A DNA stretch of 55,620 bases, filler included, from Sluysia triapertura (GCA_046118255.1; 4 parts of 4 records of this genome joined end to end with filler, not necessarily neighbours in it), one strand, 5' to 3'. Shown: positions 25,714 to 39,624, counted from the whole stretch's first letter. Notes: generated by a model from the letters alone, not told the origin. Program-made: numbers and translations.

Positions 25714-27221
25714 CATTGCCTAGTATAATCAATATTTTATAGTATTAAATATTACAGTATTAAACATTCTATTACTCTTTCTAATTCTGTTCGAGTACTT
25801 ATTGAACCTACTACTGAAATATAATCTCTAATGATTTAATGAAGCAAACATGTTAGGATTTATTTTAAGTAGTTTAATTCATTTAACAATGTTCATCAAA
25901 GGTATACTTGATTAAATCCAGTGATTTAACATTCCGGAATATCTGAGTTACTTATGAGTTAATTAAACACAAACTTCCGCCCATTATGAAACATTACTTT
26001 TTTAGAAATGTTAAATAATGAGACACTTAAAAATTACAAGTACTCATCTTAAATGTCTTTTATATTCCTTCTGATAACAGGTATTAAAAAAATTAATTTT
26101 TGCCTTGCATAGGCTGAATTCCAAATAGAAATAACATGATATCAATATCTATAATAAAAACGTATGATTTTTAAGGTAAATATTGACGCTACCTGATTGG
26201 ATAGATTGTCGTATTCTAAATTCAGTCTTTAGGGTTATTTCTGCACAGACATAAAAATTGATAGCTCAAATTTAACAAAATACCGTCTAAAAATTGACTA
26301 TAATTATTCAAAGCATTTAAGCATGGATTTCAATTTCAAAGGTAAATTTATTTTATTATTATTTTTAGATGTTTTGTGATAAAGTTCACATTCGACATTG
26401 AATCCTTTTCGAGTATAATGGTGGTTCCAAAGTTGCTTTAAGTTTTAATAAAGTCTTGGTACAGTTGAAAAGTGATTTCAGTGTTTACATAAGAAAAATG
26501 TGATCAAGATCTGGATGACATTCAGAACTGGAAAATGATGCTTTGAGCACACGTTTTGAATCAAAGATACTAAAATGCAACATTTTCGTTCCAAATAATT
26601 TGATAACAGAGCAGAAGTTTCTAAGAGTTTCATTTGTAACTTCTTTACTATCAAGAATGAGTAATGAACCTTTTCTGTTGCGTAAGATGAAAAATTTGTA
26701 TTGTAACATAATCAAAGTTTCAAAAAAGCAGTGACTTCTTCTAGGTCTACTAAAGTGACACGCACCCAAAAAGTGTTTCATACATTATGAAATATTGAAA
26801 ATTGGTGAAAATATATCGACTTATGTCAATAATTGCATAGGTTGCAGAGGAAAATGTTAGAAAACGTATAATTTTCTTCGACTCAAAATGGAATTAAAAA
26901 AGTTATTAATTTATTAATAATTAATTTATTAATGATTAATTTATTAACTAAATATATTTGGAATTTATAAATATATGTATTTTTATACTATTTTTCTTTC
27001 CGTAAAAACAGTTTTTCAACATAATATTGATAACTCATAAAATCAATGACTTCTAAGACACTGTGCACAGTCTTCCAATAATTTGACATTCTCCAGTTAG
27101 TCGTTATTGATTTTCGAAAACAATCACAAGCCAATACTAATAATATTATTATATACTTTAAGGAAACTTCTGTGATATTATGGTCTCTGAAATTGTTTAA
27201 GAATTTCAAAATATAAGTATT

Positions 27222-27287
27222 TAAGGTGCTAAAATCGAAGTTCCTGAAAGTTCATAATATGTGGTAATGAAATTAATTGATATTTTA
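27222..27287. repeat. 66-bp perfect direct repeat, copy 2
   Basis: Identical to 25648-25713. Confidence 0.95.
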
Positions 27288-28730
27288 AAAAATATTGAAA
27301 ATGTAAAATTAATCGCAAAATTATGAATGTAAAGTATTCACCCAAAATTAATTATTACAATTCGGATTAAACGAAAACTATTTACAAAATAATTCCCGAT
27401 GTCTTCCAAAGATCAACGATTCAACTCAGTAGGAGTTGATCTACCAATACGCCATATGACTAAGTCATTTTGTTTCGGTAATACTGAATAGAATTCACAG
27501 TAACTACTATTATCTTCATCTTCTGAGATTTCTATAATTTTTCGACTTATAATAATTATTATATTCGTAATAATAATATTAATATTAATATAAAAAAATT
27601 AATAAAATATCGCAATAATGTAATATTATTTTAGTACTTTATTTATATTTGATTAATTTTTAGATTATTAAATAATCAGTATTATGCTGAATAAATTGAT
27701 TTAAAAAACATATTTTCGTGCAATGTTTTGTATGTAATATTTTTAGTTGATTCGACTTTAACTAAGTTGAATTTATTGTTCACTGCCAACTGCAACTTAT
27801 CACTTAGGTAGAAGTTTGTGTTTGTGTCGTTCAGAATAGAACATTAAAAGTAATATTATAATGATTCATCTATAGTAAGATTATACTATATAAAATTCTA
27901 TATTTTATATTCTATATACATTCTATATTATGAAATGCACTTAAATTTTAATTAATAGTGTTGAAATTTAATAATATTGTGCTAAATGTAAAAGTATCAA
28001 TTTATAAGTTATAAATTTATCACTTTATTAGGATTGTAATGTTTTATCATTTTATTACAATTATTTGAATTATCACAATATGCATAATTAACTATCAAGA
28101 TACACATTAAGTGATTTTTATTTTGCATAAATTCTACTAATTGAATCGATTTATAATAATTCTCTATATCGTGGAAGTTAATACTGAACTCATTTCTGAT
28201 AGTAGAGTTGGAATTATCCAATTTTAGTAGTTACTTGGAAATAACGCTTAATATACACAAATAATAATATATGGATACACAGAAGCTATACTTTTACGTA
28301 TTATTTTAATCTAGTTTAGTAAAGTAAGTACTGAATAGTAGCACCAAATATTGAGTGTTTATCAAATAATAATTCGTAAGAATAATATTTAACAATAATA
28401 TGGAATTGTAACGTTTACCAAATAATCAATTTACTAATTGTGATATCATTTTAGGTCAGGCAGATATAAATCAATAATGATTACTGTTGTCTTTAGTCTT
28501 TTTCTATGTAATTTTTGTTTGTTTTCGTACAGAAAACATTGCTTTATGTAATGTTTTTTACAAAAAAAGTTTCTAATTCCATTCTATATTAATTATTCTT
28601 TAGTTAATTTTTATTTCGCAATATTGAATTTTTTTCTTTTTTTTAATTTGAAATAATTTTGATATTACATTATTCTTAGTGTTCTGCCTAATCTTTATTC
28701 AATCTCAGTTTAATATAATTTTAACTCTTA

Positions 28731-28803
28731 TACACTCAAACCTGTTTTTTTGTGCACAAAAAACCGCGCAAATAAAAATCGCATAAAAACAGGTTTGAGT
28801 GTA
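28731..28803. mobile_element. Tiny pogo/Tigger-type MITE
   Basis: TA-CACTCAAACCTGTTTTT...AAAAACAGGTTTGAGTG-TA, perfect TIRs. Confidence 0.8.
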
Positions 28804-29285
28804 ATGGAATGATCTTTGTGTTCTTAAAATTTAATATTATATTGTCTTCATAGAATCTCAATTTAAAATGACAATTTGATTTTTTAAATTAATATAAAGC
28901 ATTGTAATCTTAATGATGATGATTTTATTTTTACTTTGAAATAATTTTATAAATTTAAGTTAAATAAATTTTGGATTTCATTTGAAAACTTGAAAATTTA
29001 AAATAATTGAAAAAAGAAAAATTGAATATTATGTTTTATTTGAGCAATAGTATTTTTTACCAGAGCCTTCAAGAAACAGTAGATATAATCGTTTTAAGGT
29101 ACCGTTTATTCTTTCCACTATTCAATTTGTTTGTGGATAGTTTATCTGCGTAATCATGTTATTATTATCCCTAACCCAGAAAAAAGGAATTTAATTGCTT
29201 AATGTAGAAAACAAATAAAAAATTCAATTTTACCAAATATTTTTAAATTAGTGAAATTTTTTATTTTAACAATATATTTCAGTAC

Positions 29286-30432
29286 CTCAAATCAAATTAT
29301 TCGTCACAGTTTCAGTTACTCTTTCAGAGTAATCAAGAATATAGCAGCAACAACCATTTGTAGCATAACTGTCCTGATTGAAAATGTCATATGAGGAGAT
29401 AAAAATAATGGAGAATTTGTTTGGTCTGCAGCATTAACCGATCGACGTAATTTTGTAAGATGTACTGACACTTGATTAAATTCGTCAAATAAATCTTTTG
29501 TCAGAGTCAAAAGTGCATCAATTGGTGAATTATCACGTGCTTTTATCGCTTTATGTATCATACATATATTGAGATAATAATTTGCTTTCATTAGTAAATG
29601 ATTGGGTTAAAAATGTGGTAATGTGAATGTATGTTTCAAGATATGATTCATAACATTACAAGACAAAAATTAACAGTACTATTTGATGATATCGTGAAGC
29701 TGTCCATCAATTTTTTATTTTTATTTATCGATTTTTTATTTTGTCAATTTATTTTCTTCATTACTATAATAAATAATCAATAAATAAAATATGCATTCCA
29801 TATAATAGTTTATATACAATAATTAAATAAAATATGACATAAAATAAAATATTACACGAAAATTTCGATAAATTTGATAAATTTTATAATTACATTTTAT
29901 TGTAATCCTTATTAAACTTGTTAATTGGTTTTATTCATTAGAATTCTGAAAGTTCGTTTGGGGAACATTATTTTCCTACTCGAATTTGATAAATTTATTT
30001 CCACACCATTTGTTTTCTTGAATGTATGTAGAACTCTTTTTTGCCTCGGTGTCGACTTTTGTATTTTGAAAAGCAAGTTATATCGATAAAAGTAAGCCGA
30101 AAGTCGGAACATGTAACGAAAAACAAATAAAAAATTTCATTTTTATTAACAAACTTTTCAGAACATTGACTGTTTTGTGAAATAATTGAATTATATTATC
30201 AGGTTTACCAATTATATGACATGTAAAATTAAATAAGTGATCTGATGATGACGTTTGATTATTTTCATCAAATAAAATCTTGTTATTAACGAAAATTTGC
30301 AGACGAGATTTCGGAACATATTTAATGTAACGTTCTTTTTCCAACACTGATTTACAATTATAAGTTTATAGAAGCCCTCAATATACCAACGGACTTGGAT
30401 TTTAATTAATGTAAATTGTTTAATTTGTTTCC
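29286..30432 (-). pseudogene. Unassigned exon cluster with in-frame stops (possible membrane protein)
   Basis: ttacag acceptor at 30433; co-oriented ORFs 30078..30347, 29921..30112 and 29316..29591; hydrophobic LQMVVAAIFLITL; stops in the first exon. Confidence 0.3.
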
Positions 30433-30599
30433 CTGTAAGAATAAATTTTACAAGTAATGCTACTATTTATAGTAAGAAAGAATTTATTTTAAATAGAAAG
30501 TTTGTTTATATTAGAAAAACAGTCAAAGAGAAATATTAAGGAAGAACACCTAAAAATCATTTAAAAATCATGAGCGCATATATAGAGATTTGGATACAA

Positions 30600-31090
30600 A
30601 CGTAGTAAGGATTAGAAAGTATAAAATTAGTAAATGAAGTAACAAAAATATTATTAACAATAATTTTAGTAATAAAATTTAAAAGTATGATGAATTTTGA
30701 TTGTAAAATATGAGATTGTTAAAATGTATGAAAATTGTTCTTGTGTTTCATCTATGTTGTTTGTTGATCTGATATTTTGTGTTAGATTATGCTAAAGTTT
30801 GTTTAGGATTTGTATTTGATTGTGTTGATGTTTGCCATTAATTAGAGTGTTTTGATTATGAGCTCACCACAGTCCACTGCATCAATACTGCATCATTATA
30901 ATAATATAATAATATTTTTCCCTTTACAAATTCATCACTCAATTATATTATGTAACACAGCTCAACATGTAGAGTTACATACAAAAAAGTTACGATCTTA
31001 GATATTCTTGTCACTATATTCATGATAAAATGGATCAAGTTTATCGATATCGAGTATTTCAAAATTCAGAATTAACAAATCACAGAAGAC
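30600..31090 (-). mobile_element. Mariner relic with an internal skew switch
   Basis: Minus strand DPF...IVT, DA.G.V.EL, NINTIKY (TINA..Y) and TIFIH.N; homologous to 40830-41050. Confidence 0.6.
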
Positions 31091-31467
31091 TTATATGCTT
31101 ATTTATGTATTTTTTATTTTAAATAATTAAAATAAAGATAACCGTGATGATAAAAATAATGTATAATAATAATACATATCGTGTGATAGCGACAAAAAAG
31201 ATAAATTTTATAATATTATTTTAATAATAACAAATGACAATGACAACGAATGACATTGGCGGATAATGAGTTAAAACAATAAAACAAATACCTTAATTAA
31301 ATATATACACAAAAAATAATTTTTAAAAATCTTGAGAATAATTTGGAAAACAAATTATAATAAAAATATAATTATGTTATAAATTTTAAAATAAATAAAA
31401 CAATCATACTATATTTGTTACTAAACAGATATAACTTTATTTAATAATAAAAATTCATAACACTAAC

Positions 31468-31899
31468 TTGCGAAACGACATTTGATAATAGAGTAAAATT
31501 CAAACTATTTCGTAATAAATTGCATTCATTACTTGTATTATTGCAATTTTCTTCCAAAGTTTTGCTTATATTATTTTTTGTTTCTGTAATTATATTATTA
31601 AATGTATTTATTCCATTCAAATAATTATCGGATATTGTTGCCATTGTTTGTGAGATATTGTTTATTTTTTCAGAGTCTAAAATCGAACAAAAATTATCAT
31701 TAAATCATGGTTAAAGTATAAATTTCAGAAAATATTACCGCTGTTTCAAATTAAATGAGCTATTAAGAGATGTAAAATGTTCTAAATTGAATTGTAAATA
31801 AAATTGAAAATTTTAATGTTTGTAAAATAATTCCTGACGCACCATGGCCCGCACTGACATAAATGATGTACTTATGACTAATAAATAATTTCGATTTTG
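31468..31899 (-). pseudogene. Prominin-like exons (31739-31899 with in-frame TAA; 31468-31676 open)
   Basis: NNIITETKNNISKTLEENCNNTSNECNLLRNSLNF matches the paired-Cys first extracellular loop of prominins. GT-AG borders are present but phases are incompatible. Confidence 0.6.
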
Positions 31900-33419
31900 C
31901 TATATAGAAAATTGTGTAAATAATGTGATATGCGCGAAATTATTTTTAAAGATTATTCTCTTGTAACCTTACTAGAAGTGACAATATTATGATTAATTTA
32001 TACAGCGCTAATATCTAATATGAACTTAAAAACGTCTATAATAAATTAAAGTACATAATTAATAGTATCTATTTTGTAATTATATCAAGATGTTTTATTT
32101 CTATAAAAACTAATTATGCAGCAAATTGATAAAATATTCATTAACTAATCATTATTCATATCGTAGTTAAAAGAAAACTTTAATTTATTGCTTTATTACT
32201 AAATTTAGACGTTATTAAAATAAATTTAAATTTTCTTCATTTACAAGTATAATTATAAATTTATCACCTACAAAATTAATTAGGGTTCACTTTTAGTGGA
32301 CGATTTATACCAACAACGTTTACGTTCCTAGAGGATTCTCTTAACCTAATACATACATTTCATAGTATACTACTTAATATCTCATCTTTGGCAAGTGAAT
32401 TTCATAACTTTTTTAAATTACTTTTTAAAAAATTTACTTTTTAAAAATTACTTTTTTAAATTTTCCTTTTGGACTTCTCTTTATAAAAATTAAAAATAAT
32501 TTATAAAAAAATTAATAAATAAGGTTTATTAATTAATTAGATGAGTGATATATACTAAAATATTCAAATAAAATCACCAAATTTAAGATATATATAAATG
32601 CTATGATACAAATTTACACCTATAAATATTAGAGTATATATATATATATGTAGTATGTCCTTTTGGATCTTAAGTCTATTTTAATTCTAAATTGTACTTA
32701 AGGATGAAAACTTATATTTACTAGTATAAAAACTTTATTAGCGTTTTTCTATTCAAGAAATTTTTAATTTTTTATTATTTTTTAAATTTTAATGAATGTT
32801 CACCAAATTCATTAAAATTTTAATTTCCATTAAATTACAAGTGTAATTTAAATCACTAATTTTCAAATTTAATTTCTATACTATTTAATTAATTTATTAT
32901 TAAAACATTGTGCTAGCATGTACATTGACAGATGTATTGCTTTTATTACGTCTCTACGATGGGTAATTTTATAGTATCAGTAAGTTTTGTCAATGATACG
33001 AGACTTAGACTCGAGCACAGGGTTTAGAAATCGAAAACTATAAGATAAGATGTTAGAGGTTAAAAGAAACCTAAACTTACATTCGAGTAACACTCACTTT
33101 GTTAATGTAAAATATCTTAAAGACTTAAATATTGGCAAATAACTTGACTCGATTGATTTCAGTATATAAACTCTTTAATTAATTCTGTATCCTCGTATTG
33201 ATGAGGTTTAATTATTTTTTTATTTTACATTCCTTTATTGAAAATTGGTTTTAACACTATATTTAAACCGATTTTTAAGAACAAATTCCGATTAGTTTTA
33301 CGAAATTGAAACTATAGAAATTAGCCCTTTATATATTGAATTCTCAATTAAAAGAGAAGTAAAACATGTGCGGCGATAATTTAAATTTAGCTCGTATTAA
33401 TATTTCCAAAAATGAAATA

Positions 33420-34322
33420 ATAATACTAATAATATATTGATTTAAGCGCTCATATACTGCAAAATAAATACTCAAAAGCGCTTAAAATAAATCATTCACC
33501 ATAATATTCCTAAAACAGAAAAAACTTTGCCTTTTTCTTAAATATTTCACAATCATCCATTAATTTGACATTCTCTGGTAACTGGTTACATGTTTTTGAA
33601 ACATAAACAGTATAAAGGAGCGGGCATGCCGGGTTCCAAATAAAAATAAAATATGTTTTACATTTATTATTTTTTTAGATTTTATAAATTAAAATCAATC
33701 ATTTTTCATGAGACATCGACTTTTTTAGCAAGCAATAAATTTTTTTCTTTAACAAATAAGTCACAACGCTAATTATTTTAATACTGTAAACTGTTTACAA
33801 ACTCATTTTCAAAAAAATTAATTTAATAGCATTATAAAAATATTGTATGTCACACGTATGCAACAAGAATAGCATAACTTACTTTTCAAAGTTCTCGCTG
33901 CTTCGTCGCTCAAACTTCAAATGCGTTCGTTATGTTATTCCATACGTTGTATCGCTTTTAAGTAAATAACTATTGTATTATTTTTTTAAATAAATTTTTT
34001 ACACAGTTCTTTATTGTGTAATTTTGATTTTTTTTGCCTCTTTTACTATTTTTTCTAATTCGCAGTAAATTTGTAAATTCTTGTATGAAAGGAAGCCAAA
34101 TTTTGTTTTGTCCGGGGCGCTCAAAACCCTAGATCCGGCCCTGGTGGTGTGCAAATATCACTGTGGATTCTGAAATGATTTTCAAGTCTCAATGAAATGT
34201 TTATCTTTGTTTCTAAATTTTTTATTATTTCTAACAGATATTATTGTCATGATTTTAATGGCAACCAATGTAATTCCTTTAGATAAGATGTTACATGAGA
34301 TCTTCCCACTTGGAGAATTCTT
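33420..34322 (-). mobile_element. L2-clade LINE 3' fragment interrupted by a hAT MITE
   Basis: HVT.YLKELHWLP motif and an agcgcttttgagta...gagcgc...(tat)n tail; colinear with 39625-40330. Confidence 0.8.
33615..34143 (-). mobile_element. hAT-like MITE, copy 2, with a nested ~130-bp palindromic insert (33840-33975)
   Basis: Terminus CAGGGCCGGATCTAGG; inverted homology to 6021-6483. Confidence 0.75.
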
Positions 34323-35899
34323 TTAACAAATACAATTATAGTCATACTAAAAATTACTTACAAAGTTCTTACAAAAACAAAAACGCATAATAAAAGTAAA
34401 ATATAAATTACGTGAATTAATAAAATTCAACGGTTTTTCTTAATTTATGAGATTTTATTAGACTAATTTTACACTCGGCTGTAAAGTAGTTAAAACAAAT
34501 ATATTAAGTGCAACTTATTCAAAATGAACTAATGTATTTGTGACGGAAGTGAAAATCCTTAATTCCGAATTAATAAATTTGTGATCGAACGCAAAAAAAA
34601 CCAGCAAATAAAGTTTTAAATGAAATTCTTTTCTGTCTCACAATAAACTTTTTAATTAATTAATAAAAGTTAACAGTTATTTGTGTATTTCCTTTTTGTG
34701 CATTAATGCGCTTGCGCGCATTTATTTATCGTCATTTTCGATGATAACATTAAATCTATTTTTGTATTCTGCAACTTTATAGGGTCTTTAAAATTATTAT
34801 TATTATCATCATTATATTATTATTATTATAAAAGAATCATTTTTACTGTTTGATGCTATTATTATTATTATTATTTGATTTTATTATTACTAATTTATTA
34901 TCATTGTTATGATTTTTGTAAATATTACATAATTACTTATGTCCTTGACTGTATCAAATCGGTTTATGATTAGTTTTTCTATCTGAACTCATCTGTGATG
35001 GCAGAAGCGGAAATGCAACTTTTATAATTAAAGTTACACACCCAAAAATAAATTAAATATTCATCACGCGAAGTTATAATTAATGATAGACAAATTAATT
35101 TTAAATTTTAAATCAGTTATAATATTCATTGTCATAATTCATGGCAATCATCATTAACATAACCAATGCATTAATTATTATTTCAATTGTATTTTTATCA
35201 CTGGTATTTACTGTAATCAATATATTTTCAATTCTATAGTTAATATTATATAAATGATTTTCATAAATCTATTAACGTGATAACAATTAATTAATTTATT
35301 CTTACATATACATTGATTTAGTGATCATATGGTGGTTTGGAATAGTGTTTTTGTTAATATTTTTCTGTTTTATAATTATGCTTTTTCGCTTTTAATTTGC
35401 CAATTAAACATATCAAGTTCTATTTTTAATTTTCTTTTATTTATTTATTGATTTAAGAACATTGTGAGATGTTTATTCCTTGATTTCACAACTTTTTACA
35501 GTTTCTTTTAATACCACTGAGATTATTAAAATATTAGTTTTTTTTTTAGATTACTTTTATTAATTTACTACGAAAATTATTATATTATCATAAAAATAAT
35601 CTTATTCGAAATTTTGATAGGTTTATCATATAGAATACAAAATATTCAGTCAATATTTATTTTAATTTTGAAATTAAAATATTAATTATTAATTCATTTA
35701 TTAATTTTTTAAATCTATAATTAAATAATATTTTTGAACAAGTTTACGTATTTTTTTATTTTAGGATTTAAGTTTTTATAACTTTTTAATATACTTTAAG
35801 AATACAAAATCAACTAATAAAAATAGAAACAAAACATTTAGAATAATTTGATATAAGTTCAATTCAGTGAGTCAAACATTCTACAACATTACTGAATTC

Positions 35900-38850
35900 A
35901 TTTGGAGAGAATCTTTTACATTTCTCAATGACTCATTTCTTCAATTGTAGGTGGTTTGCAATGGAAAATCCTAGACTTGAGTATCGCCAAACTAGTAATC
36001 AATTAATATCATATCAGGCGATCTAGAAGATGACACAACCACGATAAATTATCCAATCACAATAAAAGTTTATTGGAGACAATGTTTGTTTAAGAAAACA
36101 GTAAAGTGTGCATTATAAGAAAAGCTCACTGCAATATATTTACCATCTATTCGTGTTACCAAGACAAGATAACGTTTTATCCAAGCTAACGTACACAAAG
36201 TAATTACATTTAATCTGCATCTTTTTTTGTTAATATTAATTTTGTTTCAGTGGATAGTTAATATTTGAAGATTTTTATTAACAAAAAATCATTTCAATCA
36301 TACGAAATTCTAACATCACATTAAAAATTCATTGGATTTGGTAAAACAATACATTGTTCATTAATAATAAATAAACTTACTACTAATGACATATCTAGTA
36401 TTATTAAATATGATTGTAAAGGCTTCAGTCAGTGGATTCGTTATTGTATTAAACATAGTATTGATCATATCTAAATAAGAAAAAACAAATAAATTGAAAC
36501 AAAACATTTTATTGATATTTCCGATTTGGAAACAGTTTCTTTTTACACTAAAATTGCTTTATTTTTGCTTTTCATGAAAAGAAAAATAAGATTCAAAAGT
36601 TTTAAACTTTATAAGCAAAATTACATATTACATCTACTTTACCTGTAAATTTAAACATACATAATCCTAGAATTTTTGTAGATCTAATTACTTATAGTAA
36701 TGTCATATTTTTTAAAAAATAAATAAATTAAAATTTATTTATACTTTAAAGAAAAATTATAATAAATAAATTTTAATTATACTAAAATTTATTAGGATAA
36801 AAAATGCTTTTATTTTAATAATATTAAAAAATTTAAATTTCACAATTCGAAAAAAAATAATTTTATGTTTGCTTTAATTTTATAATTTTAAAATTCCGAA
36901 TTTTTTCCAATGATACAAGTTTTAGAAATTATTGTTATGTCATACAGCTTCATTACAACAATCTTGCAAATGCCAAAAGTGCTGAAGAAAATTGAAGATA
37001 TATAAGGCAAGACGATCTAAGCACACCTTAACACTTATATTAAAAAAACATTAAATATCCCATATTTTAAATTATCTAATAAAAACGAATAAAAAATTTT
37101 AAAAATACATTTTTTGTAACATAATACTTACTTTGAAACGCAGAAGCCATATTAGCAATACTTTCTGAAATAATTGGCAGTACTTTAGTATCAGTCGTCT
37201 GAAATCATAAATTATTATTTAAAATTCTGCCTATCAGTCTAAATTTCACTATTTTTCTGGTAATATGTTACAAAAATTGTTTTAACTTTTTGACTTTTTA
37301 AATAAATTTTTTTAAATAAATCTGTTTAATGGAAAAATTAACTTTATTATATTATGTTACAATGGAATCGCATGGTATGAAATGTATACATACTTTCTTG
37401 GTCGACAGAAAATTAAAATAGTTCTTGAATAATATATTAACCTACTAACTCAATATATGTTTTATCATTTCTTGAAGATAATTCTTAGAGAAATTAAGCA
37501 AAAATTCTATGAATTAATCTCATTACGCAAACCATTTTAACAATTTCCATTTTTACCGTTCATATTTTACATTTTTCTGCATTTATTGGGATTCTCATTT
37601 TTTCTAATTTCAAAAAGAAAGGCAGATAGAGACGAATCAGGTGTCACTGAATAACATATGATAAAATGGCATAAAAAATACCTTTAGACCACTTACTTTA
37701 CTTTGAAAACTTGGTAAAGTATATGATTTTTTTGGATGAAGATTTAACGACTTACAGATCCACACATTTCAACTGAGATTCTTCAAATAAGACTGTGTTT
37801 GCAGTTCATGTAAGTGCATTGATTGTAATTTTACATTACATGCTTTCGAACTTAATATGTGATAACTTTGATAACGAAGCACACAGTATAAACATTGTAT
37901 AATTATAAAAACCCTTTTCAATGAAAATATGTTTTCCTAAAGCTTTTTTAGTTATTTTATGCTCAAATGTCAAATAAAAATTTGATAGTCAGACAATTAA
38001 CTAAATAAATTACAAAAATTAATAAAAGTTTGAAACAGTAATATTTTAATGCAGTTAAATGTAACATACTCGCTTGTCAATCTCATATCACTGCAAATCT
38101 CAGAAATACTCTATATTGTGATATTATTCAAAAAATAATAGTTAACAATTAACAACAGATTACAAAAAAAACAATGCAATAAGCTATCGACAGTGTGTTA
38201 ATATTTATCAAAAGTTAAAATCCATAGAGATTCATGCTTAAAATAAAGAAAACGAAAACAAAATTAGTTATTGTTGAAATATGTATAATATAACTCACAA
38301 ACACATCGCTGTATTTCGTTTGCAAATTTTTAATTGGACATATTGTTTACACATCCTTATGTTAGAAATATCAAGTTAATTAAAATATGTATATTATACA
38401 TGAAATATTAACGTAAATATAAAAATAATATTACATGAGATGTAATATTGAGATACTTTGTTAAAGACTGCTGTGTACTTTTGAAATTATAAATAATATT
38501 TCTTTCGTAGTCTTTTGAATTGTTATCTGGACCCAGAACATCTAGCAGTATAAATACACTCACTATAGATACTAGTGCACCAATTCTATAAATTAAATAA
38601 ATGTATTTTATTATAAATTTTAATTTTTTAATATTGTAAGAAAATAATTTTATTATTATAATTTAAAATAAAATATCCTAGTAATAATCTCAAAGAAATA
38701 ATTGTAAAGTTTGAAATTAAAAATGAGCTACCTTTCATAAAATCATAAACAGAATGCAAGAAACAAAGGATGAAACCTTTAAAACTTAATTAGCGAATGA
38801 AAAAAAAATGTGGATTAAATGGAAGAAAGAAAAATAGAAAGTACAAACCA
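35900..38850 (-). pseudogene. M6/PLP/DM20 proteolipid-like exons, apparently two tandem decayed copies
   Basis: Exon 36381-36470 (MINTMFN...EAFTIIFNNTRYVIS); exon 38457-38585 (IGALVSIVSVFILLDVLG...IIYNFKST); VCLDRL/PYISSI near 37010; ICSDMRLT; FYNYTMFILCAS. Stops and frameshifts are present. Confidence 0.45.
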
Positions 38851-38912
38851 ACACTTTACTAGTAAATAAATGCATGAATTATAATATGACCAAACCATTT
38901 TTTCAGGCAATA

Positions 38913-39012
38913 NNNNNNNNNNNNNNNNNNNNNNNNNNNNNNNNNNNNNNNNNNNNTTAATTAATTAANNNNNNNNNNNNNNNNNNNNNNNNNNNNNNNN
39001 NNNNNNNNNNNN
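38913..39012. other. Artificial contig spacer
   Basis: N44-TTAATTAATTAA-N44. Confidence 0.97.
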
Positions 39013-39192
39013 TATGAGTTAGTGAGGTGTTGTGATTATCAAATGTTGTTTTATGATGTTTGTGTTGGTGTAATTCGGAAGTAAAAAAATATGATTATTG
39101 TGAAGATTGCGTTTTAGTGAAATTTGATTTATGAATATAAGATTTGATATTTTATTAGGTATGAATTATGAGTGTTGTCCACTACAATCATA
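39013..39192 (-). mobile_element. Mariner relic with G-depleted sense strand
   Basis: Minus strand DCSG...FIPN...LP......NIIKQH-DN..PH; plus strand has 40 G vs 3 C in 39013-39177. Confidence 0.6.
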
Positions 39193-39624
39193 AATTTTAG
39201 TTTTTATATATTTTTAATTTAATTTAAACTACATCACCTTCAGTAACTATAAAATTGTTTTCTTTTACACATTCAGATATTTGGTATTTTTTATTTGCAC
39301 CAATTTTAGTAAATTTAGAATTAATGTTTAAAAAATCCGTTTCTTCATTTAAACATCTTATTATCGTATATTGTATTATTTAATGCTCCAGTTCTGGACT
39401 TTTCATAATAAAATTATATTGATTTTATTTTAACTTGTTAATTATTTAATTTTCGTTATTATTAATTTAATATATTAATTTAAATGCAATCCTTAAACAT
39501 GAAAAATTCTTGTCGTAGAAAAAATAAATAAATTATGTAAATATCCATATATTTAAACAATCATTTCATAAAACGTTTACATGCTTTTTGTTTTTCAATC
39601 ATATCTTTTTTGGTATAATTCATT

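Larger units (their letters stand above)
25420..27550 (-). pseudogene. Decayed multi-exon gene, unassigned (weak TASOR/FAM208 C-terminal resemblance)
   Basis: Minus-strand ORFs 26485..26781 and 26988..27209, tttcag acceptors, cac/gtaag donor at 25420; stops and frameshifts. Confidence 0.35.
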
